Part shown: in pieces, positions 24,781 through 38,444 of the stretch
How the letters are laid out: each line of letters opens with the position of its first letter
Position numbering within the stretch: position 1 is the stretch's first letter
Assembly (NCBI RefSeq): GCF_963921235.1
Contig: NC_086097.1
Coordinates: 56,732,001-56,796,000, forward strand
DNA length: 64,000 bases
From: Mobula hypostoma
Taxonomy: Eukaryota
Direction of reading: 5' to 3'
Position numbers and translations under genes: made by a program
Notes under the pieces: model-generated
Database searches by the model: none
What the model was told of the DNA's origin: nothing
What the model saw: the letters and a program-made list of their open reading frames with translations, nothing else

Positions 24781-25359
24781 ATCACGATCTGAAGACAGAG
24801 CCTTTGCTGAGACATTTATACTCTGCCTCTAAAATGCATTTCATTGATTGAACTTAGAACATGGTGGAACTATGAATGTGGTGGTCGTAATAGAGACTTG
24901 GTCGAGAGAGGGTCAGGAATGGATGCTTAATGATCCAGGGTTTTGACGTTTTAGAAAAGAAGAGAGAGGAGAAAAAAAAAGGAGAGAGTTGGCCTGTTAT
25001 TCAGGGAGAGTATCACAGCTGGTCTCCGGGGGACTTAATAGACAACTCATCAACATAGTCTGTATGGGTGTAGCTCAAAAATAAAGGTGCAATCACTCTG
25101 ATGGGATGATACTACAACCTTCCAATGACAATTGGGACACTGAGGAACAGATATGCAGACAGATTAGGGAAAAGTGTAGTTGTTTTAGTGGGTGACTTCA
25201 ACTTCCCTAACGTAGACTGAAGGATTTCCTTAATGCAGGAGGGTTATGCAGGGCAGAATTTGTTAGGTGCATCAAGGAGGATTTAATAAATCAATATGTA
25301 GATAGTCCAACAAGAAGAGAGGCAAACTGGGCTAGGTGTTGGATAATGAGCCTGGCCAC

Positions 25360-25823
25360 GATACTGACTACTTGTGGCTCTGAAAACTTTTGCAAACAAC
25401 TGATGGGAGTATTCCAGGATATTTTCAACTTCTCACTGCTATGGTTGGAAGTTCCCACTTGCTTCAAAAAGGCACCAATTATACCAGCGCGGATTGGTGA
25501 TAATATCTCCTCCTCACTGACAATCAACACTGGCGCACCTCAGGGGTGTGTGCTTGGCCCACTGCTCTATACCCATGACTGTGTGGCTAGGTATAGCTCA
25601 AACACTATCTATAAATTTGCCAATGATCAAACCATTGTTGGTAGAATCTCAGATAGAGATGAGAGGGCGTACAGCAGCGAGATATACCAGCTAGTTGAGT
25701 GGTGTTGCAGCAGCAATCTTGCATTCAGTGTCAGTAAGACAAAAGAGCTGATTGTGGACTTCAGGAATTTAAGACGCTGAAGCACGAACCAATCCTCATA
25801 GGGGGATTAGAAGTGGGGGGGGG

Positions 25824-25891
<68 letters not shown>

Positions 25892-26595
25892 GAGGAGAGA
25901 GAGAGAGATAGATAGATAGATATATCCTGGGTGTCAAGGTCTCTGAGAAGCTAACCTGGTCCCAACATATCAATGCAACTATAAAGAAGGCAAGACAGCA
26001 GCTATATTTCATTAGGAGTTTGAAGAGGTTTTGTTTGTCACCTAAAATACTCAAAAACTTCTATAGATGTATTGTGGAGAGTATTCTGACAGGATGCTTC
26101 ACTATCTGTTATAGGGGCAGGGGAGCTACTGCACAGGATTAAAAGAAGCTACAGAAAGTTGTAAAATTAGTCAGCTCCACCTTGGGTATTAGCCTTCGTA
26201 ATATCCAAGACATCTTCAAGGAGCAGTGCCTCAGAAAGGCGGTGTCCATTAAGGACCCCATCACCCAGGACATGCCCTCTTCTCATTGTTACCACCAAGA
26301 AGGAGGTACAGAAGCCTGAAGGCACACACTCAGTAATTCAGGAACAGCATCTTCCCTTCTGCCATCCAATTCCTAAATGGACATTAAACCCATGAACACT
26401 ACCTCACTTTAAATATATATATACAGTATATATAATTTCTGTTTTGCACTATTTTTAATTTAGCTATTATACATACATATTTACATTAATTGATTTTTTT
26501 TTCTTTCTATATTACCATGTATTGCATTGAACTGCTGCTGCTAAGTTAACAAACTTCATGACACACGCCAGTGATAATAAACCTGATGCTGATAT
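25360..26595 (+). mobile_element. Rex1/Babar-type LINE (RT C-terminal half plus 3' end)
   Basis: VPTCFKKAPIIP...TGAPQGCVLGPLLYTHDCVA...YKFAND.TIVGRI...SKTKELIVDFR; tail aataaacctgatgctgat. Confidence 0.88.
25826..25922 (+). repeat. (GA)n plus (GATA)n microsatellite
   Basis: Directly visible. Confidence 0.95.
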
Positions 26596-27586
26596 TTCAG
26601 TGGAAAAACAGTTAGGGAACAGAGATAACAACTCAAAGTTTAAGTATGCTCTAGATAAGGATAAGTATGGACCTTATGGGAGAGTATTAAATTAGAGAGG
26701 GACATGTTACGGCAGTATTAGGCAGGAACTAGGGAGTGTTAATTGGGAACAACTGTTCCGAGGCAAATCCACATCTGACATGTGGAGGATATTTAAAGAC
26801 CAACTGCACAGAGTACAGGACAGGTACATTCCAGTCAGAAGGAAGGGCAATGACAGCAAAATAAGGGAATCTTGGATGTCAAGAGAGATGCCAAATTTAG
26901 TCAAGAAGTAAAAGTAAATAATATTTAGGAAGCTAAAATCAAAACAGAGCCCTGGAGGATTATAAAGAAACTAGAAAAGAACTCAAGAAGAGAATTCTGA
27001 GAGATAGGTGGGTCCATGAAAAGTCCTTGGCAATTAGGATTAAAGAAAATCCCAAGGTATTCTGTACATACATCAAGAGCAAGAGGATAACTAGGGAGAA
27101 GACAGGACCACCCAAGTATGAAGGAAGGAACATGTGCTTGGAAGTGGAGGATGAGGGTGAAGTCCTAAACGAGCATGTTGCATCAGTATTTACCAAGGAG
27201 GAGGACACGGAAGACAGGGGAATCTGTGTGTGGAGTATGCTGATTTGCAAGGACATTTTGAGATAAAGAAAGAGGTACTGTTGAGTCTTTTAAAGGACAG
27301 TAAGTGGATAAGTCCTCAGGGCCTGATCAGATAAATCCAGGTTACTGAGAGAGGCATACAAGAGACTCTCGGATAAGCACATGAATGTACAGGAAATAGC
27401 AAGATATGGACATCATATGGGCAGAAAGGATTCGTTTAATTACCTGATTTAATTAGTCTAGCACAACATTGTGGACCAAAGGGCCTGTTCCTGTGATGTA
27501 CTGCTCTATGTTCCATGTTCCATGAATTCAATGGAGTGAACTTCATGGTAACGTACAGTGTGCTGGTGCTACTTTACACAGCCATT

Positions 27587-28031
27587 CTGAACCAGAGCAG
27601 AGCCCAAGGGTGTACAACTGTATTGATGCTTGACGTAGCAAGACTGTAGAGCAGGGATTCCCCACCTATTAGAAGCCACGGACCCCCACCATTAGCTGAG
27701 AGGTCCGTGGCCCCCCCCCCCATGGGAAACCCCTGCTGTAGAGGGAACAGCTGCCGCTCTGGCTCAGGGCTTCATCAGCTCAACAGCTTTCGATGGACAG
27801 CTCCGGGTACTGATATTGGGGCCCCTCCCCTCACATATTGCCCAGTGGAAGGCTCTTTCCAGCCTTACTTCCCATTTGCTCCAGATTCACCACTGTATGT
27901 GCCACAATAAATCATGCATATGGCCACCAAACAATGACTGGCAATGATTTATTTATTGATAAATACTGGTCTGTCTCAATCTAACCCTGATCTAAATCAT
28001 CAGATTTCACTGGGCTTGGCTTGGGTAGCCC
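27587..28031 (+). repeat. Old dispersed repeat, copy 1 (homologous to 29791-30191)
   Basis: Colinear shared blocks tctgaaccagagcagagcccaa, gatgcttgac, gattcaccac, ccacaataaatcatg, tttattgataa, ctgggcttgg, gggtagcca. Confidence 0.75.
27652..27735. mobile_element. hAT (Charlie-like) MITE, 84 bp
   Basis: 8-bp TSD ctgtagag (27644-51, 27736-43); TIRs cagggattcccca / tgggaaacccctg; internal inverted gccacggacc / ggtccgtggc. Confidence 0.85.
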
Positions 28032-29790
28032 ATACCTTTCTTACTTTCTCACTTAGTCATAGAACACTACAGCACAGAAAGAGGCCCTTCAGCCTATCTA
28101 GTTCATGCTAAACTATTATTCTCCACGGTCCCATCGACCTGCACCCGGACCACAGCCCTCCGTAACCCACCAGTCCATGCACTTTTCTTAAACGTTGAAA
28201 TTGAACTTAATATCCTTATTTCTTCCAAGTACTTATTGTGAAAAGGAGGCACAGGAATCAGACAATGCGAGAATTTGAAGCGAAAAGCAAGCTGCTGGAG
28301 GAAAACAGACTCAGGCAGCATCCGGAGAGGGAAATGGACAGTACAAGTTCTCGATCAAGACCCATCACATGGATTTACTGTGCAACTCCATTTTAATGTT
28401 GCTGTTGTCACTGCGTTAACTGTCATGAATAAAGAGTAATCTACATTATGAGATTATCTTGTCAATTTCCCTGTTCTTCTTTATCACTGAAATTCCAACC
28501 TTTTGACAAAAGGTGGTTGATCTGAAACATTATCCGGGTTCCCTCTCCACTGATACTGTACCTCCAGTCTTCAGTACTTCCAGCTTTCATTGCAACGCCT
28601 GCCACATTTCGCTTTTACATTAAATGACCAGAAACATCTTAACTCACTGAAAGGGTTCACAGACCATTTTCAGACTCAAAATTCAAAGTTTCAAGATTCA
28701 AAATTCAAAGAACAATTATTATCAAAAAATGTGTAAATTATACGCCTTGAGGTTTGTCAGCTTACAGACAGCCACAAAGCAAGAACCCCAAAGAACCCAA
28801 TTTTTTTTTTAAAGTAGTAATTGTTTTTTTTTCAACTCAAGTAGTAAATATGAGGACAAATAAATAGGGTTCCACAAATTACACTATAAAATCAGTGGCA
28901 CGTTGAACCAGCCCAGGTATTTCACTCCACTGAACTCAGTGAAATGGATTTTGCCTTGACAGATATTTACTTCAGATCATGGAAGGCACTTAAATTATGT
29001 ATCATTGTATGATTATGTATGGGCACTCTCCTGAGGAGGAGACACACTAGACGAGCAGGCTGAACTCTGACCTGCCTGTCAGGACTGATCAATACAGCAA
29101 ATGGGTGGCTTGACACAATTGTGGTGGAGGGGGGTAGTAGGGGAGATACTAGGCACTGCATTGAATTTCAAAACCGTAAGACTGAATAGTAGTTTGATTC
29201 AAATAAGAGCAAGGTTTATGGAAAGGACGACAATGGGCAAGAAAATGTTCTAATTAGTGTGGCAAAAGGAAAAATATATTAACAAACAAGGGGAAATGGC
29301 AGAAAGAAAATGAAGAACCATTTTCTTATAAAGCTATCATAATGAACAGGAATAGAAAGATAATGAGATACATAAACAGGACCCTGCTGAGGAAATGCTA
29401 AAGCCTTTAGTGAAGACACGGGGATAAAAGGGTAAAAAATATTACTTTAAAATGTCAATGGCAATAAAAATAAGATAATGAGACCAGAACTGGTCACCAC
29501 AAAGATAGGACAGGCAGGAATGAAGCGAAACAGCATAAAGAGCATGAAGTGGTAACATAATATCCTAAATGTCCAAGTGGAAGAACAAAAAAAATGAGGA
29601 ATTCCTTTAAACAGAGTAGCAGAAAACAAAATTGAGGATGTTTCCATTTTCACTCTCCATTTTATTTTTGTTGTTTTAGCATGATTACCCTACACATTTT
29701 AAATCCATAATGTTATTTTAAAAGGCAATCAGTTAGTGCATTTAGCAATCTACTCAAGTATAAATTAAAACCCAACCTGACCACAACTAA

Positions 29791-30191
29791 TCTGAACCAG
29801 AGCAGAGCCCAAAGACAAACAATCCTTCAGATGCTTGACTCAAACTGACACAAATTCCAGTCCACTCAGCCTCAAGAGGTATACCAAGGCTGTAAAGGGA
29901 AGAGCTGTCACTGTAGCTCAGAGCTTCACTGATTCACCGCTTCCGAAGGACTTTGCTCTGGGCATTGAATTTGGGGCCTTTCCTTTCACATAACTGCCTG
30001 GTTCAAGGCCTGCCCCTGCCTCAGCTCCCATATTCTCTCCTGATTCACCACAGTACTGAGTACACACTCCACAATAAATCATGTACATTGTTTTCCTGCA
30101 ATGAACAACAGAGAATTTGTTTATTGATAATACTGTGTGGCTTCATCTGACCCCGACCTACACAGTGTAACTGGGCTTGGGTAGGGTAGCC
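29791..30191 (+). repeat. Old dispersed repeat, copy 2
   Basis: Same blocks as copy 1, without the hAT MITE. Confidence 0.75.
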
Positions 30192-30764
30192 AGGCTCTAG
30201 AATAATTACCTCCTTTGTTCTTTTGTCTGTAATGGTAAATGTTTCTAGAATTTTGTAACTTATCAAAGCATTTGAGAAACAAGTTGAGAATTATTTCGAA
30301 TTCCCAATCTCAAAATAAGTGGTATGCAGTCATAAAGTAAGGGTATTGCAGGATTGAGAAGAGGAGAAAGATATTAATAGAGAGTGATGAATCTTTAGAA
30401 TTCTGCAGTCAGAAGATTACACAGGGCCACTCTTTGCTTACATTCAAAATAGTAATCAATGTTTCCTGAATACTCGTGTAATCAAGGGGTAGGGGACAGG
30501 ACAGGAAAATGTTACATTGATTAAAAACCATATGGTATGGTGAAGATATTTGAAGGGATGTGGTCTATTCTTGCTCCTCGTTCTTATGCTCTTCACCAAG
30601 TGTTTACCACCCTGCCAACCTCTCCGGCCCCTCCGGCTTCGAAGGTTGTGTTACATGTAAACAATTCACAGTGCTAGAAGCAGAATCATCTCCGGTCCAA
30701 GTGGTTCCCAATCAGGTCCTAACTTATTTACCTCAGAGCAGAGATTTGTTTGGAGACCTGGTCA

Positions 30765-31480
30765 ACAAAATCAATGGTGTTGAGGTTGAGCTCAAGTTCC
30801 TAGGAGTAAATATCACTAATAGATTGTACTGGTCCAACCACATTGATATCACAGCCAAGAAAGCTCACCAGTGCCTCTACTTCCTCAGGAGTCCAAAGAA
30901 ATTTGGCATGTCGCCATCGACCCACACCATGGTTGATTGATGCACCATAGAAAGCATCCTATCTGGATGCATCAAGGCTTGGCATGGCCATTGCTTTGCA
31001 CGTGACTACAAAAAACTACACTGAATTGTGGACAGAGCTCAGCTCATCAGGGAAACCAGCCTCTCCTCCATGCCCATGCTTCTGTCAATATTGCCTAGCC
31101 TGTCACACTTCTCCCTGCCTCAGTGAAGCAGCCAGCATAATCAAAGGCTCCTCCCCCACTGGACCTTTTCTCTTCTCCCCTCTTCCTTCAGACACGTACC
31201 ATTAGGTTCAAGGACAGTTTGTACTTGCTGTTATAAGATCATTAAATAGATCCCTAGTATGATAAGTCGGACTGCTAACCTCACAATCTATCTCATTATG
31301 TTCTTGCATCTTATTATTTACTTGTACTGCACTTTCTCTGTAGATGTCACACTCTGTTCTGCATTGTTATTGTCTTACTGTGTATTAGCTCAATGCACCG
31401 ACCTGTACGAACTGTGTGTAAGCAAAGCTTTTCACTACATCTTGGTACAGGTGACACTAATAAACCAATTCCCATTCCAA
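30765..31480 (+). mobile_element. Rex1/Babar-type LINE 3' fragment
   Basis: INGVEVE.KFLGVNITN.L.WSNHI...KKAHQ.LYFLR; 3' UTR ending aataaaccaattcc. Confidence 0.8.
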
Positions 31481-31883
31481 AATCAGTGACTGGCACCTCA
31501 GAATCCAGGATGTACAAGGACAGAGATGACAAAAGGGTAGAAAGAAGGAGACTGTGAGTTGGAGAGTTCCAAAAAAAAAAATGGCTAGCTGATAATAATA
31601 AAGAAACAGAGACAAAAAAAATGACAAGACATTAAAAGCACATGAAACTAATGGTTTGATAGATTACAGGATGATATAAATCCCTTTTGACTCAGGGAAT
31701 TAATTATGAACAAAACAGGACAAGTGGCAACAGTTGAATTGGCAAACAAGTCAGCACTTAAACATATAAGATGCAGGAAAAGAAAAATGAATGTATAAAG
31801 TGGAACAAAATTCAGAATGCGCAGTTAAGGTTTGCATGTATAGTAAAGTTAATCCCATCCATTGATGAAGTTTGTTATCATAC

Positions 31884-32156
31884 CTTCTGACTCTGCTGTG
31901 TCCAGCATGTACGTTGCTGGTTCCGAGTGCCTTATAGATGGTGATGTAGTTACTCCTGAAGTTGATAGTATGTTATCCCTTAATACAGGTGGTGGTGAAA
32001 TTGAAGATGTAGTTATCATTACTCCCATTGGTTTTGTGACAGATGTTTGCAATGTTGCATGAATTGTTTCAATGCTTAATCCAGCTGTGGTGGCAGATAT
32101 ATTTTCTCTCAAATCTACTGATTCCTGTTGCAGTAATCCAGTTGCACTAGCCCCTG
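31884..32156 (-). CDS. ARMH4: ARMH4-like coding exon (273 nt, phase 1-1), S/T-rich
   Basis: Acceptor ttttgtatttatag|CAG (NAGNAG), donor TCAGAAG|gtatga. Reads AGASATGLLQQESVDLRENISATT...YMLDTAESE with no stop. Confidence 0.85.
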
Positions 32157-32670
32157 CTATAAATACAAAATAACTTGTTTTGATACCACAATATAAATTA
32201 GCATGACATTAGACAAGGTAATAACAAACAATTTACCAATGAATATTGAATTAAGATGGTCAATGTATTAGGCATAATGAAATTCCAGGCAGGTTTATTA
32301 TAACTGAAGGTGAAACAATACAGTTTGTACAATATAGACACAATTATGCAGGTTGACTATGTACCAGACTATAGTGAGTCCATTGATTTGGGCACACTAA
32401 ATTAAGGCATGAAGCACATTAGAGTAAATAATTCACAGGGAAGAACCAATAGACTGGAGAGTAAAATTCTTAATTTTCATAATTACTCTATTCTTAAATT
32501 TAAACAGAAATTCATTCCAACTGCTGAAAAGACATTTTGATTATATTTTATTAGTTAGCTCATAATCCTTCGTATTCTTCCTGATTGAATATATGCTCAT
32601 GTTTTCAATATTTAAAATTATTATTTCCTCAATTGATGCTACAAGTACTGCATCATGAAAATATTTGTAC

Positions 32671-32937
32671 CTTCTGATTCAAGTTCCTCTTCTGTGCTTG
32701 CTGGTGGCACAGTGACCCCCACAGATGGCCCAGATGTTGTTAGGATTAACTGTAATGTCTTATCTGTAGAATCAGAAGCTTCTGCAGAAGTTTTCTTAGC
32801 TTTTCTTGATATGGTTTGTAGTGCAGTGGTTCCTGCTGTACCTGCCTGGGTTATCTTTGTACCTGATGTCATAGCATGCTGCAGCATCAGTTCTGCAGGA
32901 GTTATAGATGGCATTTCTTTTGTCGAGTCTGTGATTA
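32671..32937 (-). CDS. ARMH4: ARMH4-like coding exon (267 nt, phase 1-1), S/T-rich
   Basis: Acceptor ttttcttttatcataacag|TA, donor TCAGAAG|gtacaa. Reads VITDSTKEMPSITPAEL...ASTEEELESE, in frame with the previous exon. Confidence 0.85.
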
Positions 32938-34709
32938 CTGTTATGATAAAAGAAAATCATTCTATCTGAAATGGTTTAACATAACATTTATGTTCAAAAT
33001 ACATACAGCCTTACACTATCTCAGAAAACCTGGCCTCAAGACCACATTCCAAATTAAATGTGCAAAAATTACAAATTGAGAGAGATTATTCCACAAATAC
33101 GTTAATAAAAATTCTACAAATAGGCAAATAAGAAAGGCTCCAAGAAGCTTTTAGGAACTTGTACACAATATAGTAAGTTCTTTTTTCTATTGCAATTTAG
33201 CGAGTATTGCAATCAGTCCCCAAGTGTGCAGTATAAAAGCAGCTCAACATAGATAAAAAAGCTCTTTGTTCTCAAGCCTTGCAAAGAATAAAGAACATTA
33301 CAACTGCGGACAGAAGACACACCACTAAAAAAAAAGTATTTTTAAATACTCATTGCTATGCAGAGATTGACAGAAACAACATTTATACTGCAATTTGCTA
33401 CTTAATATTGCCACGTGGAACTCCGGTGGCTTCACAGAGACCTGCAGCTGAAGCACAGCAGAAGGCAGCATGTTATAGCTTAGAAATTCAATTCCGTCAT
33501 ATGATTGAAAACTGACTTGCCCCAGTCAAAATGAGTTTGATTTCATCACTCAGGCAATTCAGTCAGGTGTTTCTTGGCATATGTCACCCTAAATGTCATG
33601 GTGTGATTTCCACCAGTTGCATGTGAGATGATTGACATTAGTAAACAAGAAGCAAGCTGGACACACATTAATTCAGGAAACACAATTAAAATATATACTG
33701 TATATATACACACTATAGAACAGGTACAAATTGGTTAAAAGAAAGGTACCTGCAAGTGCCTCGGAAAAAAAAATGAATAATTTAAGTAGTTACCTACAAG
33801 GAGAAGTGGTTTGGGCATTTGTAACTAGGGCTGCCATTTGTTCCCCACTCTCTGTCATCCAATTGACACTGATTATTTTCCATGGATGCTTGATCATAGT
33901 AATAAATAAAGCTGACACTAACACTGCAAGATTGTCAGGGAGACATTCTATTTGCCAGTAATAAATAGCGCAGGCACTGCAGTGATTCAAAGATACGAGT
34001 GAAATTAAGAACATAAAAGACATGTTGTAATCCCCAAAGGAATGAAAGGATGTGAAATTAAAAGGCGGTGCACAGAGAGCACGAAGATTAGAGATACTAA
34101 AAACAACCAAAGGAATAATCAGTGTGATTGTTAGATACTTGACAATGAAAAATTAATTCTCAGTTAAAGCTCAGATTTCTGTTGAACTCACTGCAGTAAA
34201 ATACTTCATTTCAATGGTGATTGCAAACTCAAAAAAGGACTGCAATTGATAAAAAAAAATTGTCTCAGTGCACCTTAAAAACAATGTGTGGTGAAGGGCC
34301 TTGTGCTCTGAGAAATGGATCAAAGAAAACCAAGTTCAAGTTTATCATCAAAGACATACATACCAAGAATATAAATATCATGAAAATTAGCTTTTTGAGG
34401 CAGCATCACAGCGCATGACAAATATACGGTAAGTTAACATAAATTAACAAACTATACAAATGTCACAGAACAAATTAAGCACAATGACATTAGCACACAT
34501 TGAAAGGGAGAAATAAAAGAAGTATAATCTGATGTAGATTAAGTTAAATTAGTTACTGAGGGTGATTACATAAACTGGTCAATAAGCCAACTCTTTTTGG
34601 AAAATATGCATTAAGGGGAACCAATGGTAGCACTAAATCATTGTTTAAATCAGAATGCAGCAGCGCAGACAGCTACACCTCTCGGTATTTCGCATCAGAT
34701 GGAATGTCC

Positions 34710-35485
34710 TCCAGGAAGGACAGGAGAGCCTATTAACATGGTGTCATGAAAACAACCTCTCCCTCAGCGTCAACAAAGCAAAAGAGCACTAACTTCAGGA
34801 GGTGGGAGGGGAGAAAGTCTATATTTCCTGCCTACATCAACAGAGGTCAAGAGGGTGGAGAGCTTCCAATTCCTAAAACTGAACAGCACCAATAGTATGC
34901 ATTGGTGTAACCCTGTTGATGCCATGGCCAAGAAACCTCACTGGTGCCTTTCCTTCCTCAGGAGGCTAAGAAATTCGGGATGCACCCCCCCCCAATCAAC
35001 CCTCACCAATTTTTATTAATACACCACAGAAAGCAGAGAGTTGTGGACACCGCTCAGCACATCATAGCCTCTCTTCCATGGACTCTGTTCACAATTCTCA
35101 CTGCCTTGCTAAAACATCCAGCATAATCAAAGACCTCACCCACCCTAGACATTCTCTCTTCTTCCCTCTTTCCATTGGACAGAAGGTACAAAAGCCTGAA
35201 AGTACATAGCACTGGCCTCAAGGACAGCTCCTACCCAGCTGTTATCAGATTACCGCTCAATTCCCTGCTCCAATAAGATAAACTCTTGACCTCAATCTAC
35301 CTAACACTTCATCAGCTACATACACTGCACTCTCTCTGTAAATAACACGTTATTTTGCACTCTGTTATTGCTTTTCTTTGTACGACCTCAATGCGCTGTT
35401 GTAATGGGTTGATCTGGATGAAGGGTATGCAAAACAGGTTTTTCACTATACTTCGATGGATGTGCAAATAATAAACCAATTTACC
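34710..35485 (+). mobile_element. Rex1/Babar-type LINE 3' fragment, decayed
   Basis: Colinear with 30765-31480 (ttcctcaggaggctaagaaatt, aataaaccaatttacc). Confidence 0.75.
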
Positions 35486-35489
35486 TGCT

Positions 35490-36805
35490 TCTTCTGCTCC
35501 TACTGGTCTCAGTAAGTTTATTACTTTTGCTGCCAGTTTCCAATCTGCTTTTTTCTTTTACACAGACCATCTCTGACTCTTCCTTTACCCTCCCTTTATG
35601 GATTTCTCTGTCACACTATCTCTGGGGACTGGTACCATGAGCCTGCAGACTTCCACAACAATCTCAATGTTCAGTATTGCTTTCAACCCTACAAGGAATC
35701 CATTCCATTTTCCCAGTTCCTCTAAGTTGGTTGTATCTGCTCATTTTTCCTTAACCATGGTTTTTAAGAGCTCTCAGCCAAGTCTTGTGTATTTCCTTCA
35801 TTTCTAGCTTCTCTTGCCCAGAGCAAGAATAGGGTTCCTCTGGTCCTCACCTTCCACATCACCATTCTCTGCATTCAACCAATCATCCACTGTAATTTAC
35901 AAAAACTTCCCCTGCAGCATTCTAAAGGGTCAGTCCTGCTGTGAATCACTGGTCCATTATTTCATCTCCACCAACCATACCCCTTCTTACAGGGCTTTCC
36001 CATGCAACTTCAGGAGATACAATATGTGATTTTTTTTTAAACCTCATCTCCTCCCACCAACTGGGGCCCAATCAGTCGTTCCAGATGAAGCGGTAACTTA
36101 GTCACACTTCTTTGCTCATAAAATGGTCTCCTCTGCAGCAGAGAAACCAAACAAAGATCGAATGATCGTTTTGCACCTCCGTTCAGTCTGTGGGGACAAC
36201 TCTAAGCTCCCAGTGGCCCATCACTGTAACCTCCCATTCCAGTCTCATTTTGACTTACCAGTGTATGGTACTGTACCAATGAGCCTCAACCCAAATTTGA
36301 GTAACAACAAGTCATCTTCCATCTCTACATGTTGCAACTTTCAACAAATTTAATAATTTCAGATAACTCACGTTTCTTCTTTATGTCAGTTACTGACCAT
36401 TTCTGCTGTATGGTTATCCATCTGTGCAAAATTAACTGAGTTTCTCCTTCACTGCCTGATGTGCTTGCCATTCCCTATATTCCCCTTCTTGGTCGCCAGG
36501 CTTCAGCAGCTGCTCCTACCCACCTTTATTTGTTTATTTCTCTCTCTGCCCTCATTATTCTATTACCTAGACAGTCTGTAAACATTGTAATGGCCTGAGT
36601 ATCTCTCTCTCTCTCTCTCCCCATAGGCCTCATCGTATCAGAAGTAAACCTACACATTATCCTCCCCTGTATTAATACTAATTTGCTTTTCCTCCACTTT
36701 CTAAGTTCATCAAGAGAGGGATGAATAATTGAAGGAAAAACAAATGTTCATCTTTCTACAGATGTTGTTCGACCTGCAGATGGCTTCCAGTAAATTTCCC
36801 ACATT
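35490..36805 (+). mobile_element. Decayed Penelope-like element (linker, GIY-YIG C-terminal region and pLTR end)
   Basis: Remnants FPCN.RR.N, GP.QSFQ.K, HLRSV...LPVA.H.N...SH.DL.VYG, matching the 51864 peptide; decayed pLTR end cagatgttgttcgacctgc. Confidence 0.7.
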
Positions 36806-38255
36806 TGCGGCTTTTGAGATTTTCAGTTAATAAACCTAAGCCTCTGTGAGGTTTAAATCCACATCCATTAGCTATTCACAATCCATTTGTTACTGGAGGG
36901 CCAACATCTCTTCATTAATAAATCTAGTGGTTCTTAAGAGCCTGCAATCAAGTCTCGTCTATGACAGGTAGGGGAATAAACAATTAAGTGAAATGGAAAG
37001 CCAGTGGTTTTTTATGCAAATATTCCACAATCATTTCAACTGCTTCACAAGTAACTAGGCTCTTGGAACCAAGAAATGTTTATTTCCTCCACTTATGCCT
37101 TGCTTCCTTTGACATGAACAAGAGAATGGAATTTGTTGCCAGTTGTGTGAAACTACTAATTAGAGATTCCCCCCCCCCCCAACCACGCCTGCATTTGCTG
37201 CCTACACGCAGGGGCCAGAATTTGAAAGTTGCCTTCATGGTCAGGTTAGGCAGTGAAGTCTAAATGGTGACCACATTTTGGAAGGTTGAATTCAGAGGTC
37301 TGCCCTGGAGTGCCCTATTAGGCTTTCACAGAAAGCAAAGCTGAGGAGGGAACTTTGTTTTCTGTCAAAGCTGCCATTGATTTTTTTAGAGCTTTGAAAT
37401 GATGCTAAGGTTATGAGAAATTTCAACATTTCAAGAATAACTTTTTAAACAAGTTATTTAAAGCAGTTAAGCAGAAATAGTTAACATCAATTCAAGAAAA
37501 ATACTTTTTTTAAAAAAGCATTACTTGTAGTCTAAGAATCCCTATTAAAATCAACAGTGTTTCAGGTCTTGTACCTTACATGTCTGGTGCACGATCTGAG
37601 ACATGGTTCTCCAGAAAAATATGAGGGATTAATCATCAAACTGGGCCCTGCCACTGGAGGCTATGAGGAACCCAAAAGCAGAATTCAGTGCTGTTCAATC
37701 CCTAAATCTGTCTCTAATTCCCAGACTCACAGCATATGGGCATAATGATATAATTCAGTTTGAACAGTTTTGAAATGACAGTGCAAGATTCAACCAACAA
37801 GACAATCAAATCCTAATGGTGAGCTAAATCTCAATGTATACTGTAATATTTCTTCAGTTTACTTACTTTAAATATTTTCATTATCACTTTGTATTCACAT
37901 AAGAACCACTTTGCTTATTTAGCACACTGAGTTTAAAAGGATGGCATTAAGAGCCCATGCTGGCTATTTGTTAAAGCTAACCAACTAGTTCCATTCCCTC
38001 TTAGTCTTTTTTTTCCCTCCTCTTGCCTTTTAATTTTTGTCCCTTTCAATTACTTATCTAACACTTTTTTTAAACCATATCTGCTCCAACAACTCTATTA
38101 GGTTGTACATTCCTACTCCTCATAACTCACTGTACAAAATAGTATTTTCTCTAATTGCTTAATCTCTACTTTAAATGTTCCTCTTGATTCTGATCCAACC
38201 ACAATTTACTTAATCAATGTTGATCAGGATCTAGTGCTTTCCTGGCATATGTGAC

Positions 38256-38372
38256 AAATAAACTCTTCTCAGGCTTCCAGCCAGGTACAGGTTATAACCA
38301 ATGTTTCGAAGATCAACTCTGCCATCTTCATCATGCGCATGTCTGGTCCGGAGGTATTTATACCCCCATAGC
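38256..38372 (-). mobile_element. Short remnant of a second probable Penelope-like family with a degenerate hammerhead motif
   Basis: Minus strand aTGATGA-agat...atct-tcGAAAc, followed by cctgtacctggctggaagcctgagaagagtttatt, which I recognise as a PLE-type terminus. Confidence 0.55.
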
Positions 38373-38444
38373 TCCTGTTGATCAGTTTTAGCTTTTAAAA
38401 ATGCGTAATTTATTAGACTAGAATATTAGCATTCATTTAGTACT

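Larger units (their letters stand above)
24850..27520 (+). mobile_element. CR1 LINE (APE to 3' end, large internal deletion) split by a Rex1/Babar insertion
   Basis: GDFNFPNVD, QYVDSPTR and NEPG motifs up to about 25358; resumes at 26596 (ttcagtggaaaaacagttagggaac); IKENPK.F..YIKSKRITRE. Confidence 0.8.

Noticed and set aside
33794..33851. Candidate extra ARMH4 exon (ESGEQMAALVTNAQTTSPC)
   Set aside because: 58 nt would shift the frame and the acceptor lacks a pyrimidine tract; the flanking exons already join in frame.
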